Made by a program: the position numbers and the translations under genes. The notes beneath the pieces were generated by a model that worked only from the letters and a program-made list of their open reading frames with translations, was not told the origin of the DNA and made no database searches. Shown here in pieces: positions 25,961 through 42,877 of a stretch of 64,000 bases of DNA. Numbering within the stretch: the stretch's first letter is position 1; the number at the start of each line of letters is the position of its first letter. This DNA comes from the human T2T-CHM13v2.0 reference genome, Homo sapiens, in NCBI RefSeq assembly GCF_009914755.1, contig NC_060939.1. One strand, given 5' to 3'.

Positions 25961-27010
25961 GATAATGGCCTTACACTCATCTAAAACAGACAAGAGAAAA
26001 TGAGATATTAGCGGGAAAATCTGAACGCCTGCCTCTGTTTTTTTACCTTATAAAAACTTATCTACCAAGATGTTTATTTTTATACACATTTTCCTACAAA
26101 GCATATTACTAGATTTTATAACAGCATTATTGAGATATAATTTACATACCATAAAATGTGTCCTCTTAAAGTGTACAATTCAGCAGTTTTTAGTAAATCC
26201 ACAGTTATATAAACATCACCACTATCTAATTTCAGAACATTTTCAACACCTCAAAAATAAATCCCATGTCCATTAGCAATCACTCTCTATTCTAACCTCT
26301 CCTCGCTCCTGACAACCACTAATCTACCTTCTGTCTCTATGAACTTGCTTGCATTAGACATTTCATACAAATGGAATCATACAATGCAGGGGTTTTGGTG
26401 TCTGGCGTCTTTCGCCCAGCATAACACTTTCAAGGTTCATCTGTGTTGTAGCGTGCATTAATACTGTACTTCATTCATTTTTATGACCAGATAATATCCA
26501 TTGTATGGATATATTGCATTTTGTGTTTCAAATAATCAGTTGATGAACATTTGGGCTACTTCCACTTTTTGGCTATTATAAGGAATGCAGCTAAGAACAT
26601 TCTTGAAGAAGTTTGTGTGTGGACATATGTTTTCAAGTCTTCTGGATTTATACTTAATCATGGAATTACTAGATCATATGGTAATTCTATCTTTAACATT
26701 TTGAGAAACTGCAAAACTGTTTTCTATAGAGGTTGCAGCATTTCACCATTCCACCAATAAAGTATGAGGGTTCCAATTTCTCTGCATGCTCACCAACACT
26801 TGTTATTGTCTGTCTTTTTAAATTTTAGCCATTCTAATGGGTGTGTCACGAATCTCATTGTGGTTTTGATTTGCATTTTCCTAGAGACTAATGATATAAA
26901 CCATCTTTTCATGTACTTATGCCCATTTGTATATCTTCTTCAGAAAAAAAATGCTTATTCAAATCCTTTGCCCATTTTTAATTACATATTTGTCTTTTTA
27001 TTATTCAGTT

Positions 27011-27255
27011 TTGTTTTTTTTTTTTTTTTTTTTGAGATGGAGTTTTGCTCTTGTTGCCCAGGCTGGAGTGCAATGGCACGATCTCAGCTCACCACAACCT
27101 CATGTGCCACCATGCCCGGCTAATTTTGTATTTTTAGTAGAAGTGGGGTTTTTCCATGATGATCAGGCTGGTCTCAAACTCCCAACCTCAGGTGATCGGC
27201 CCGCCTCGGCCTCTCAAAGTGCTGGGATTACAGGCATGAGCCACCGCGCCCGGCC
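27011..27255 (-). mobile_element. AluS with ~55-bp right-arm deletion
   Basis: TSD TATTATTCAGTT (26999-27010 / 27256-67). Sequence jumps from 'caacctc' to 'atgtgccacc'. Confidence 0.94.
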
Positions 27256-27358
27256 TATTATTCAGTTGTAAGAGCACTTTGTATATTCTTTATACAAGTC
27301 TCTTCTTAGATATATGATTTGAAAATATTCTGTCATGTTCAGTGGATTGTGTTTTTAC

Positions 27359-27637
27359 TTTTTTTTTTTTTTTTCGAACTAGGTTCTCACTCTGTCACCC
27401 AGGCTGAAATGCATGGTGTGATCACAGCTCACTGCAGCCTCAGGTGATCCTCCAACCTCAGCATACCAGGTAACTGGGACAACAGGCGCACACCACCATG
27501 CCCAGTTAATTTTTTGTATTTTTTTGCAGAGAGGGCGTTTCGCCATGTTGCCCATGGTCTCCAACTCCTGGGCTCAAGCAATCAGCCTGCCTCAGCCTAC
27601 CTAAGTGTTGGGATTACAGGCATAAACCACATGCCAA
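27359..27637 (-). mobile_element. AluJ
   Basis: Reverse Alu, TSD-like TGTTTTTAC on both sides. Confidence 0.92.
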
Positions 27638-27708
27638 TCTGTTTTTACCTTTTGGTGGTGTTCTGAAGCACAGCAGCTTTTTTTGTTATGCTTAATAAAG
27701 TCAAATTA

Positions 27709-28029
<321 letters not shown>

Positions 28030-28939
28030 CTATTTTTTTTCTATTGTTGCTTTTGCTTTTAGTGCCATCTAGGAAACCATTGCCTAATTCAGTTTTACAG
28101 TTTTGGCACTTACCTTTAGGTCTATGATCCATTTTGAGGTAATTCTTGGATATGATGCGGGATAGAGTATCTAAATTTACTCTTACAAGTGGATTTCCAA
28201 TTGTTCTGGCATCATTTTGGGGGATTATTCTTTCCTCCATTGACTTGCCACCCTAGTCAAAAATTAACTCACGGAACATGTAAGGGTTATTTCTGAATCT
28301 TCCATTTTGTTCCATTGATCTAAATATCTACCCTTATGCCAGAACCACACTATCTTAATTACTGTACCTAAATTTTCAAGTTGAGAAATGTTAGTCCCCT
28401 AATTTTGTTCTTTTTCAAGGTTTCTTGTTTTGTATATTCTGGATCCCTTGCATTTCTATTTAAATTTTAGGACCAACTAGTAGTTTAATGCAGAGCGGGG
28501 AAGCAACTAAGATTTTGAAAGGGAATGTCTTGAATCTGTGGATCACTTGGGGGAGTATTGCCATCTGAACAATATCAAGTCTTCCAAATCATTAACATGG
28601 GATGTTTTGCCAATTATTTAGGTCTTTTAAAATTTCTTTCAATAATATTGGGCAGTTGTTAGTGTAAACATTTTGCACTTCTTTGTTAAATTTATTCATA
28701 AATATTTTATTCTTTTTGATACTGTTAAAATAGAATTGTTGTCTTAATTCCATTTTCAACTTGTTCATTGCTAGTGTATAGAAATAGAATTTATTGATTT
28801 TATCACATATTGATATATCGATCTTGTATTCTGCAACCTTGCTAAACTCAACAATTAGCACTAATAAATTTTTAATAAATTCCTTGAGATTTTCTGTGAA
28901 CAAGATCACGTCATCTTCAAAGACAGTTTTATTTCTCTC

Positions 28940-30891
28940 TTGTCAGGTTGGGTACATATGTGTTTTAATTTTAAAGTCTTTCAGATGGATTGACCCTTTT
29001 ATTATTATAAAATGTCTATCTTTGTCTTTAGTAACACTTTTTGTCTTGAAGTCTATTTCGTCTTCAAGAGAGCCACTCCAGTTCTCTTTTGGTTACTGTT
29101 TGCCTAGTATGTTTCCATCCTTTAACTTTCAATGAATTTGTGTCTTTGAATCTAAAGTTTGTCTCTTGTAGACAGCATAGAGCTGGATTATGTTTTTTGT
29201 CCATTTTGCCAATCTCTGCCTTTTCATTGGAGTGGTTAATACATTTCTATTAAGTAATTACAAATAAGGTAAGTTTTTATCTTCCACTTCGCTATTTATT
29301 TTCTATATATCTTCTACCATATTTGATTCCTCTGTTCATCCATTATTGCCTTATTTTATGTTAAATACATATGATATAGTATATTGTTTTAATGTCCTTG
29401 CTGTTTGTTTTACTTTTTTTTTTTTTATTTTCTTAGTGGTTGCCCCATACATTATGATCAACATCCCAATTTAGAACAATTTAGTTCAAATTACTACCGA
29501 CTTAATTTCAATAGTGTACTAAAATTTTGTTTCCATATAGCTCCATTTCTTCTCTCTCCTTTGTGAAATTTTGTCAATTAACTTGTATCTTTACACAGTG
29601 TAAGCCCATAAACACAGTTTTATAATTCTTGCTTTATGAAGTAGGTGTTTAAATAAGAGAATAAATGATTTACAAACAAAATACATTTATGCTATATTTT
29701 TATTTACCTATGTAGTACATTTACCAGTTACTCTCTAATGTCTTTTCATTTCAGCCTGAAGGACTCTCTCTTTAATAGTTCTTGTAGGGCAGGTCTGCTA
29801 GTAACAATCTCTCAGTTTTTCCTACTCTGGAAATGATTTTATTTATCCTTTATATTTGGAGAAAAGTTTCATTTAATATAGAAGTCTTGATGAATAGTCT
29901 TTCTATCATCCTTTTGAATATGTAAACAGTAGCCTTTTGATATTCTTGGGTTTTTACCAGAAGTCAACTGTTAAATCTTATGGTGGACTCTATGATTCTT
30001 TTGCTGCTTTCAAGATTTTCTCTGTCTTGATAGTTTATAATGTATCCAGGTGTGGATCAATTTGTGTTAAGTTTACTTGGAGTTTTTTAAAATTTTTGAA
30101 TGTACAGGTTAACGTTTTTTATCAAGCTTGGGAAGTTTTCAGCCATTATTTTCTCAAATATACTTTCAACTTTTCTTCTCTCCTCTTCTTCTGTGATTAT
30201 TACATATATTTTAGTACACTAGCGTCCCATAGATTCATTTTTATTCATTTCTTTTTTCTTTTTCTTCCCGAATCTGGATAATCTCAGTTGAACTATGTTC
30301 AGGATCACTGATTCTTTCTTCTGTCAGTTCGTATCTGCTATTAGGCAACTCTAGCAAATTTTTATTTCAATGATTGTATTTTTTCATTTTAGATCTCTAT
30401 TTTTCTTTTTTATAATTTCTATCTATTCATTGAAATTCTTTATTTGGTGAAGTATTATTTTCATGCTTTAATTCTCTAAATATGTTTTTCTTTCCTTTTT
30501 TCAACTTATTAATAGTAGCTGACTTAAAGTTTTTGTATAGTAATTCCAACATCTGGACTTCTTCATGTACTATTTCTATTTACTTTTACTTTTTCCTGTT
30601 TCCTTGTGTAGCTCATGCATATTTTTTGAAAACTGGACATATATATAATATAAAATGTAAATAAAATATAAAATAAAATTATAAAAATATATATATATAA
30701 AATTATATAATGTGGCTATTCTGGAAAGAAGATTCCTTCAAGATTTGTTACTCTTAAAGTTTATTGTTGTTGCTGCTGTTTGTTCAGTGACTTTTTCAAA
30801 CTAATTCTGTAACATTTGTAGTCTTGGTCATGTACAGCCACTAAAGTCTCTGTTTAGAAACTCTGTGCTTAGCTAATGCTCAGACAGAGGG

Positions 30892-30926
<35 letters not shown>

Positions 30927-31960
30927 GAGACAAGGTACAAATACAGCTCACCTCAACCTCAACTTGCTGGGCTCAGGTGATCCTCCTGCCTAGCCTCCCA
31001 AATAGGTGGGACCACAGGGGCATAATTTTTTTAATTTTTTTTTTTGACACAGGATCTCACCATGTTGTCCAGGCTGGTCTCACACTCCTAAGCTCAAGTG
31101 ATCCTCCTGCCTCAGCCTCCAAAAGGGTAGGATTGTAGTCACGAGCCACCACACTCACCCCAGAGATTTTCTTAAATGACTTGAAACAATGAGTCCCCTA
31201 GGCTTCAGTAAGAAGTTCTGGAAGAGGGGAGGGCATCTACAATGCTCAGTCAGGTCATTGAGAATTCTGCCTATGCCTTCACTTCCTGCTTACACAGAAA
31301 CTTCAGGTTAGTCACAGATGAGAACTCAGAACCTCCTCGGATCTTTCTGGAGCAGGTGCATAGCCCCGAACTTGCACGTGGACTTCTAGATTCCTGGGAA
31401 TATGTTGGAGCTCTTCAAAACCTTCTATGCTCATATCATTCTTCAGTTTTTCCTTTTTAAATGTTTTGCTCAGCCTCTTGGTAGCCTCATCTGTTATTAT
31501 CACCTCAGGTAGCTGCCACATTAAATAATTGCCACTGACTGTTTTCAACAAATAGTTTAGCAAAAGGCTATTTGTACAGAGTAAAGTCTGAGTCATATCA
31601 AAGACAAGCTGTGAGACAGGTCAAACAGTGAAAGTTTTCTGGAGATGGAACTTCTCCCCTTCAGTAGCTGCTAGGCTGCTTACATTCAGGACTACCATAA
31701 TTGTGAGGCTGTTAGTTTTCAATATTACTACAGAACTGGAGAGAGTGGAATGGGACTAGGGCAAGTTAAAACATCACAACACTTATTATTCTTACCAAGA
31801 TTCAGCCACCTTTCTTGAATCAACACTCTTCAAGTTACTGAAAACCTTTGATTAATTTTCAGAGTTCTGAAAAAGTTGCTTTTAACTATTTTTCCAGTAC
31901 TCTTATTGCTTTTATGAGGAAGTGGTATGTATTTTTTTTAATGTCCTCACTCTACCATTC
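28940..31960 (-). mobile_element. Old L1M 5'/ORF1/EN-region remnants
   Basis: T-rich reverse L1 text ('tctcttgtagacagcatag', 'ttcttgtagggcaggtctgctagtaac', 'gggaagttttcagccattattt') ending in an L1M 5'-type block near 31790-31960. Confidence 0.75.
30893..31160 (-). mobile_element. AluJ, degenerate with deletions
   Basis: Poly-T followed by reverse Alu arms, TSD-like cagag..ttttctt. Confidence 0.88.
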
Positions 31961-32058
31961 CAAAAGTGCTTTCTCACATCTTTGTATTTTAAGCTAAATA
32001 AGTTTATACCTTCAGAGTTTGTCATCATAGCATGAGTTGGGCCAAAATATAACTATGG

Positions 32059-32445
32059 TACTGGGCACGATGGCTCACACCTGTAATCCAAGTGCTTGAG
32101 GCCAGGAGTTTGAGAGCAGCCTGGGTAACAAAGTGAAGCCTTCATCTCTACAAAAAAAAATTTTTTTTTAATTAGCCAGATATGGAGGTGCACACCTGTA
32201 GTCCCAGCTACTTCGGAAGCTAAGCCAGGAGGATCACCTGAACCTAGGAGTTTAAGGTTACAATGAGCACTGTGATCACACCATGGCACTCCAGCCTGGA
32301 CCACAGAGTGAGACCTTGTCTTTTAAAGAATAAGTTTATATATATATATAGTTTTATATATATATAGTTTTATATAGAGAGTTATATATATAGTTTTATA
32401 TATTTTTATATATAGTTATATATATATATATATGTATATATAAAA
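32059..32445 (+). mobile_element. AluJ whose tail has become a (TA)n-rich repeat (32334-32445)
   Basis: Alu arms with a left-arm deletion. 'aactatgg' occurs before the element and after the TA tract. Confidence 0.88.
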
Positions 32446-33119
32446 CTATGGCAAGGAATTTTTTTTAAAAGCCCAAAATAGCTTTTAGTCAAACCCAGGA
32501 GTGAGTCACCTCAGAGACTGTCTTATAAAAATCACTTTGAATGCAAAAACTGAACTTCGCCAGTATGCCAATGCTGACTCTCCAAATATTTGAATTTCAA
32601 CAAATATTATGAATTTCATTCTACATGCAAGCATCTGTGTTAGCTGCAATGGAAAATCCAAAGACATGATACATGAGGTCTTCTCTAAGATTTAAAGAAC
32701 ACACACATCCCAGAAGCTAAATTATAAGACAAAGATACACGCCTCTCATTCACCCATAGGCAACACTAACCCAGAGATACAGTAGGACCATAGTAATGCT
32801 AAAAATTTACACTCATTCCCTCTTATCTGTGATTTGCAGAAACTCCAATTCCCATCACCATAGTTTTTTCTGTTTCCACAAGCAGTCCTGAGTTCTTTAA
32901 GAGGTATCTTAAAGAGGCTGCTTAGCCCAGTGGCTGTCAGATCTAGAGTGGTTAAAGGATAATGTCCAAGCCAATCCCACTTAGAGGAGGTTTCAGGGGC
33001 TGTACAGCAAGAGCTTGGGCTCCATAAATGAAGGATCCATTTTCATCTCTTCTCCAAGCAGAAAGTGGTTCTTCTTCCCAAAAGTACTTAAACTCACTTT
33101 TCACACTCCCTCCTGTGGG

Positions 33120-33320
33120 CTTTGAATTCAAGCAGAGAAAGATCTTATTGCCATTTTCTATTAGGCTCAAGACTTCAGACATTATTTATCACTTAATGTC
33201 TAACATGTAAAATGGAAAAACTAATGCCTACCTACCACTTGGGGCTGTAGGAATTAAATGAGATAACATATTTACACTGTTTGGCTCACAGAAAACTTTT
33301 CATAAATGTTTATTCTTCTT
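33120..33320 (+). mobile_element. MIR remnant
   Basis: 'catgtaaaatgg...aatgcctacc...gaattaaatgagataac'. Confidence 0.6.
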
Positions 33321-33419
33321 CTCAAAGCACGAATCTATTCTTTTGAAAGATCACCAGGAGATGAACCTCATCCTGAGGGATCTGCAGGTATATGAAGGCA
33401 GCTCCTTTGTATTGCTCCA

Positions 33420-33725
33420 TTTATTTATTTATTTCTTTATTTGAGACAAGGTTTTATTCTGTCACCCAGGCTGGAGCACATTGGTGCTATCACAGCTCAC
33501 TGCAGCCTTGACCTCTCCTGGCTCAGGGGATCCTCCCACCTTAGCCTCCCGAGTAGCTGGGACTAGAGGTGTGCACCACCATGCCTGGCTACTTTTTTTT
33601 TTTTTTCGGTAGAGACAAGGTTTCTCCAAGCTGCCCAGGCTGGTCTCAAACTCCTGAGCTCAAGCGATCCTCCCACTACAGCCTCCCAAAGTGCTGGGAT
33701 TACCAGTGTGAGCTCTGGGTCCCCG
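33420..33725 (-). mobile_element. AluJ
   Basis: (TTTA)n tail, both arms, ATTGCTC on both flanks. Confidence 0.93.
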
Positions 33726-33825
33726 CATTGCTCTTATCTCAACTCAAGTATCACCTCCCCAGAGAGGCCTTCCCTGACCACTCATCCAAAATAAATTCTC
33801 ATTTAGCTGCTCTCTTTCCCATTAC

Positions 33826-33939
33826 TAAGATGGCCAATCAACCCAGTTTGCCTAGGACTGAGGGCTTACCTGGGACACAAGATTTTCTGTGCTAACACCA
33901 GGGCAGCCCTGGGCAAACTAGGAAAAGCTGGTCAACCTA
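33826..33939. mobile_element. MER81-like (hAT-Blackjack MITE) nested in an L2 remnant
   Basis: 114 bp with inverted internal 'ccagtttgcctagg / cctgggcaaactagg' and ends 'taagatggcca / tggtcaaccta'. Confidence 0.75.
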
Positions 33940-35579
33940 TCATCATCCTGCTTTGGTGTTTGTTTGTGGGTTTTTTGGCATAGTTTTTGCCTTATCTGAT
34001 AAAATTCAGTTTACTTTTTTTGTTGCTTCCTCATTTCCTTCAAGCTAAAATGGGAACCCCTTGAGGTCCAGACTGGATCTTCTCTGTGTGGTTTACAGCT
34101 GTGTTCAGATGCCTGTAACACCACATGACACACAGTAGGCACTACATGCTGTTAATATTCATGGAAAAACTGACTGAATTGCTCATTCATTAATTGATTC
34201 ATTTTCTAAAATGCTCACCTTTCTATTCTCCAAGTTTAATAACCGAAACACATAGGTGATGCCAACTTTTGTATGATACCACAATTAATAAAAAGGCATT
34301 TTGCAGGCTATGATGACTGGGTTATAAGCACTTGAACCTCTGTGGTAGGGAGAACTTCAGACAGCTGTGTTCTTTTTCTTCTGATCCCAAACAATATAAT
34401 TAAAAAGGATTCACTGAAATGTAGACGTTTCTACCATTTACCCTGGAATGTTGGCTCTACCAAATATAACCCAGTCTGTAAATACAAGATTAGTGTCTGT
34501 GAAAAGAAAGCTCTCCTTCTACAAAACGGCATTCAAAGGAAAATCTCCACCTTTTCTTCTTCTTACAGAAGCAGGAGCATTACTCATAAGACCCATAAAT
34601 ACTTTAAATATTCCACAAGGATATAAGAGCTACAAATGTTAAAACAATCTGAGACCGCATCTTTGGACTCTACAATGAGCCAGATAAAGATGGTGCCCTT
34701 TTCTCCACTATCAGTTTACTACATAAATGAGAAGACATAAAGTAGTTTTAGATTTAATTAAAGTAATTGACTGGATTGCATTTTGTAGTCCTGATCGTCA
34801 TTAACATTCTTGACCTCTCTGTCACACAGATGTGCCGGAGAATTTTTCCGATGGATATTTATTATGAATATTATCATCAATAAGCACCATCAACATATTA
34901 AAATTAATTTTAACTTCTTTATGGAAGACTGAAAGCACAACCAGCTTTTGAAACCATCCGCTCTAAATCATTTTTTATCGATTCAACATGACTAAACCTC
35001 AACTACAACTAATAGGGAATTTTATGTGTGTGTAGGCAAGTTTCTATATATATAAAATATTTAATGTTATTTCATCTCTAACTCTGGTTACATTAATCAC
35101 GTAACCATATTTTCCAGAGCCTAAGGATTCACTTGCTATTTTAAGCACTTACTGTGCACTCCTCACGCTGGCTGGCTTGTTTCATGTCCACATGGTTACG
35201 CAGCGACACATGGACATTTGGTCTTATTTTGACTGCTCGCAAAGGGCTTAATAAAAGACAGGCTTTGGTGCATCAAAAGAACTTAGCCCACAGGTGTTCT
35301 GAGCTGGGCTAACTTGTATGTAGAACAAACAATTAAGCTCTGGAATTTGAGACTCTAAATTGTATCAGTGGAGCACCTGTTCTGAAGAGAGGAAAACACC
35401 TTTCATTACATTACCCGAGGGCATGACAGGCTCTGGGCTGTGTAGAGTTACAGCAGATCCTATTCTGGCATGCTAGCTGAGATGCTGCCACTCCTTCTGT
35501 TAATGCTGCCAAGGACTTCGAGTTGAACATTTTTAGAGAATACCTCCGTCTCTCTCTCCATCTCCATTTCCATCCATGT

Positions 35580-35790
35580 GCCTCTCCATATCCCCTTCCA
35601 CATGTACCACTTTACTGAGCACCTACTACAAGCCAGACAAAGTGCTAAAGATTTTAAACATGGTACATGTAATCCCTCCCAATCACCCTGCAAGGCTTAG
35701 TACCGAAAGTCATGTCAGTTTTAGTGGGGAAGTCAGGATTCAAAGCCAGGTGGGTTGGACACCAGAACCTGTAGTCTTGATCATCATGCT
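35580..35790 (-). mobile_element. MIR remnant
   Basis: 'ttactgagcacctacta..gccagac..agtgctaa...aggattcaaagccagg'. Confidence 0.65.
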
Positions 35791-36003
35791 ATCTGGTGGG
35801 CAGCCTCCAGGTTTTCACAGGCTCCGGGGTGTCTTCTGGCCTCCTTTCTGGCCCCTCCTTCAGGTCTTAGATCTTCAGCCTTCCTACGTCTCTATTTTCG
35901 GTCCTCTTCTTTCTCACTCTAAGGAGCTCCCTGATAATTCCATGCACTCCCATCATGGCCCCAGTCACCATCCATGAGCCACCAGCTTTAAAACCTCTCC
36001 AGG

Positions 36004-36320
36004 GGCTGGGCGCAGAGGCCCACGCCTGTAATCCCAGCACTCTGGGAGGCTGAGGCAGGTGAATCACCTGAGGTCAGGAGTTCGAGACCAGCCTGGCCAA
36101 CATGACAAAAACCCGTCTCTACTAAAAATACAAAAATTAGCCGGGCATGGTGGTGCACACCTGTAATCCCAGCTACTCAGGAGGCGAAGGCAGGAGAATC
36201 ACTTGAACCCAGGAAGTGGAGGTTGCGGTGAGCTGAGATGGCGCCATTGCACGCCAGCCTGGGCAACAAGAGAGAAACTCCGTCAAAAAATAAATAAATA
36301 AAAATAAAAAATAAAAAAAT
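36004..36320 (+). mobile_element. AluS, full length
   Basis: Both arms, (AAAT)n tail, TSD AACCTCTCCAGG. Confidence 0.96.
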
Positions 36321-36369
36321 AACCTCTCCAGGGAGGTTTTACTTCAACTGACTGCTCCCATCTGCATTG

Positions 36370-37080
36370 GAGAGACTCTCTCTTGGACCGCCCCAACATT
36401 GCCCTTCCAGAACTGACCTAAGTGAGCATCTTTCTCAGCAAGCCTGCTCCTCTTCCAGCATGGCCACCCTGGAAACAACAGCACCCATCAGTCACCTGAG
36501 CTCCTCCCTCTTCCTCTTCCTCTGGATCTACTTCACTCCCTCAACCCATTCTCCACCTGGCACTGCCAGAGTAATCTTCCAAAAACACAAATGTAGTGCC
36601 TCTCCTTCAAACCCACCAATGGCTTTTGAATTCCTTTGCAGATAAAAGACTTGTTGACTTGGCCACAAAATCTGGCATGTTTTTTAGCGAGCTTCAAACC
36701 ACTCTTTTTCTTTATCTCAGCTGCCTTCTCTTCCCTATCAGGCGACATGATCCTTTACCTTTTGAGAATTTCCTTAGCCCAAGTACTTCCCAGATTCTTC
36801 TTCACATCTGTGCTCAAATGTCATTGTAACAGAAAGGATTTCCCTGACTTTCCCAACTCTCTGTCTTCCATGTCCTACTTTAATTTTTTCACGTCACTTA
36901 CTACCATTTGTTATATAATATATTAGTTCATTCCCTTGTTTGATTTCTTTCTTCTCCCATCAGAATTCAGCTCCATTACAACAGGGTTGTCTGTATTTTG
37001 TATACTGTTGTATAACAACTGCATATAACTGTGCCCGGTAAATAGTAGGCACTCGATAAACGTTTAGTAAATAAACAGAA
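36370..37080. mobile_element. L2 remnants
   Basis: Pyrimidine-rich L2-type text ending 'atagtaggcactcgataaacgttt'. Boundaries approximate. Confidence 0.6.
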
Positions 37081-37334
37081 GTTCTTTTTCCTTGATTCAT
37101 ATATATTTATCATGTAAAATATAAAAGGACTCGACATTTTATTTTGCTGAACTATCTTAGTATAAACAATCACATGGATTCAAGTGAAATTTAACCTAAA
37201 TTAACTAAAGGGCTGAATCTGCCCAGCCACTGACTTACACCTGCATGTCCCCTGATGTCCAGGTCAGGTATACCAGGTGGACACGCTAGCCACAGGCAGG
37301 GGCCAAGTACCTCTTCATGCAAGATACAGCACTT

Positions 37335-37745
<411 letters not shown>

Positions 37746-37959
37746 TCACAGCAACAGGCTTTCTCTCTCTGGGAGGAAGACCATTTTTTGCTAGACAATG
37801 GATACATCTAACATACCTCTCTCTGCCTTTGCAAAGAGAGAGGGAGCCTCTTTGGATGCCAAAATATTTGGAATATTGAGGAATTTTGATTGCCCAGAAT
37901 ATTGGGCATGTACAGTCATTATAACAAAAAAGGGACCTTTTTGTGTCGCATTCTTAGCC

Positions 37960-38210
37960 ACTGATGTGATAATAATGACAGCAGCTGACATGTATGATTG
38001 CTTCCAATACATTAGACACTGTACATAGTCTCATTTACTCTTCGCAACACCTCTAAGAGGTAGGGAGTTCATTGTCCCCATTTTACAGATATAAGAAAGC
38101 TAAAACTTAGTGAAGTTGGGTAATTCGCCCAAAGTCATGCAGCTGGTTAACCAAAATGTGACTGAAATAACTGTCTTGATCCAAAGCTCATGTTTCTTCA
38201 CAATTCTGCC
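37960..38210 (-). mobile_element. MIR
   Basis: 'ccccattttacagat..aagaaagctaa...gcccaaagtcatgcagctgg'. Confidence 0.75.
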
Positions 38211-38812
38211 TTCCAACCTAAAAATTAGAACCATCAATCCCTTCAAGAAATTTTAAAGCTGGTTTTTGCATAGTAAAGATGAAAAGAATGCCATTATAAA
38301 CATAAATGGTGAAAGGAACACCAGAAAGTAGTAGTAAAGGAACACCAAATAGCCCAGCTAAAAAAAAGTGCTTCAAGAGTTAGAGGAAAAGCAATGTCAG
38401 TCTGAGTTAGGATCATCAGAGTGGGCTTCATAAAGCAGGTGACATCTCTGTTGGATGAGCTTGAAAAGATAGAGGGGATAATGACGATTTTTCCCAAAAG
38501 GAGAATCCAAAAGGCCATCCAAACTGGGCATCAGAAAGGGAGAAACAGCATAAACAGAGCCATGGCAAGAGAAGTTCAAAGAGGTTAAACTGGGGCAGTG
38601 TTTTCCAAACTGTTCAACAAGGTAACCATGGTTAGGTGCAGAAAAGGGTTTAACATTGATCATGCTTGGTAAGTGTTGAGTTAATCACATTTTTGCAGGA
38701 CTTCTTGGAGCCTTTAGTGAGGCTAAGTACATTAAGTGCCTCATGAAGAGTGAGGATATTATACATTGGGTTTGTTTTCCTGATGTATTTGACTAATAGA
38801 CTCCCCTGCCTC

Positions 38813-39136
38813 TTTTGCTTTGATTTGTTTTTTGTTTTTTTTGTTTTGAGATGGAGTCTCGTTCTGTCACCCAGGCTTGAGTGCAGTGGCATGATCTTGG
38901 CTCACTGTAACCTCTGCCTCCCACGTTCGAGAGATTCTTGTGCTTCAGCCTCCAGTCCTTCAGCTGGGACTATAGGCCTGCACCACCACGCCCACCTAAT
39001 TTTTTATATATTTTTTAGTAGAGACAGGGTTTCACCATGTTGGCCAGGCTGGTCTCAAACCCCTGACCTCATGTGATCCACCTGCCTCGGCCTCCCAAAG
39101 TGCTGGGATTACAGGTGTGAGCTATCAAACTAAGCC
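38813..39136 (-). mobile_element. AluS
   Basis: Reverse Alu with T-rich tail and both arms. Confidence 0.94.
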
Positions 39137-39213
39137 AATTTTTTTTAATGGAGAAACTGTGAACATCTCATTAAACTGGCAATCCACTGAACGAGTTTAA
39201 GAAGTGATGTTTT

Positions 39214-41218
<2,005 letters not shown>

Positions 41219-41687
41219 AAGAAGTGATGCTTTGCAAACTTTATGGCCAATAACACATAGAAGACCAACAGGAACCATTCCATGGATGACCTGGGTTGCT
41301 CTGGTAAGATGCTCTGGCACTGTGGCCCTAGGGCCCTGGTGGAGGTTCTGGATAGGGCCATGCCATGAGCAATTGTTTGAGAAAATTTTTCTGGCAGGAA
41401 AGGCAAGCATCAGACCCAGGCCAACTAATGAAGCTACTGTGCGATCCAGTGGTAAGGTGGTGAGTGTCCGAACTAAACTGGAAAACATGGTCTCTTCATC
41501 CTTCTCCACTTCTGCAGTTCATCAACACAACAGCTTTCACGCCCTAGTCAATTTTCTGAGGTCATTAGAAAACTGCATCTACATGGTCAGCGGGGAGAAA
41601 TTGGGCATCAAAAAAATCCCATGAAGATGCAGGAGGAAAAAAAAATCCTAGAAGCTAGTCTGACTGATCATATAATTTCCCTGCTTA

Positions 41688-41999
<312 letters not shown>

Positions 42000-42877
42000 T
42001 TAATATTAAAAATAAAATAGTTTCCCTGCCCTCCAGGGGCCTGTATGGCCTGGCCATTGTCCACCTCTTCTCTGCACCTCTCACTCTGCTCACATTCCCA
42101 CTGTATCCAAGTCCTTGGGCACTTCATTTGACTGTAAGCTCCATGAGGTCAGGGGGCTGTCTGCTTTTGTTTATCTCATAACTAGCACATAGTAGGAGTT
42201 CAATAAATATTTTTAAGGGAATGGGTGGATGGACAGCTTATTTGCAGGAACAGATGTGATTTGTTTTATAATGCTTTCTAGCAGATTCCACCGAAGTCCA
42301 GTCCAATCCCCCAATAACAAGATTAACAAGTTTTAAAATAAAACTTAGCAACTATGCATGTAGCCCTGTTTGACTTTATATCTCACATGACCTCTCCTGT
42401 TTCTGTGAATCAGAGCTTCCAGCTGGCTGGGATTCTATCTGTCATTTCTCAGCAGGCAGAAACCCAAAGGCCACAATCTCTGGTTGCTTTATTCTTTTTC
42501 CTCTTCACAGATCACCTCAGGGGAGACACCATCTACTATCTTCCTCACAAAACTTCAGCGTCTTGAATTACCTTCCTGACTGCAAACACCTGATTCATCC
42601 ATTTCTTCCTGGAACTCTTAACTTAGCCAAAATTTTAGGTTGTATTCAATTAGGAAAAATCATACAAAATACCTATTCCCACTCAATTCTAGATTAATCG
42701 AAATCTTCCTGTTGAGTTGGTTATGCAGGTAAAACTACACCACCGGCTTTGGATATTTAAAAAAAAAAAAAACACTCGAGATAGTCAAAGCCTTCCATAT
42801 CTAGCCTAAACTACCATTTTCTTCTCATTTCCCACAATATCCACCAATAAATTTACAGTTCAGCCACTGTAATTTCT

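Noticed and set aside
38312-38347. 12-bp repeat AAAGGAACACCA x2 (similarly ATGGGCCAGGTC x2 at 58906-44)
   Set aside because: Ordinary short tandem duplications, too small to interpret.
42642-42658. 17-bp exact match GTATTCAATTAGGAAAA to the L1 5' junction region (39222-38)
   Set aside because: An AT-rich 17-mer with no extension is plausible by chance in 64 kb.
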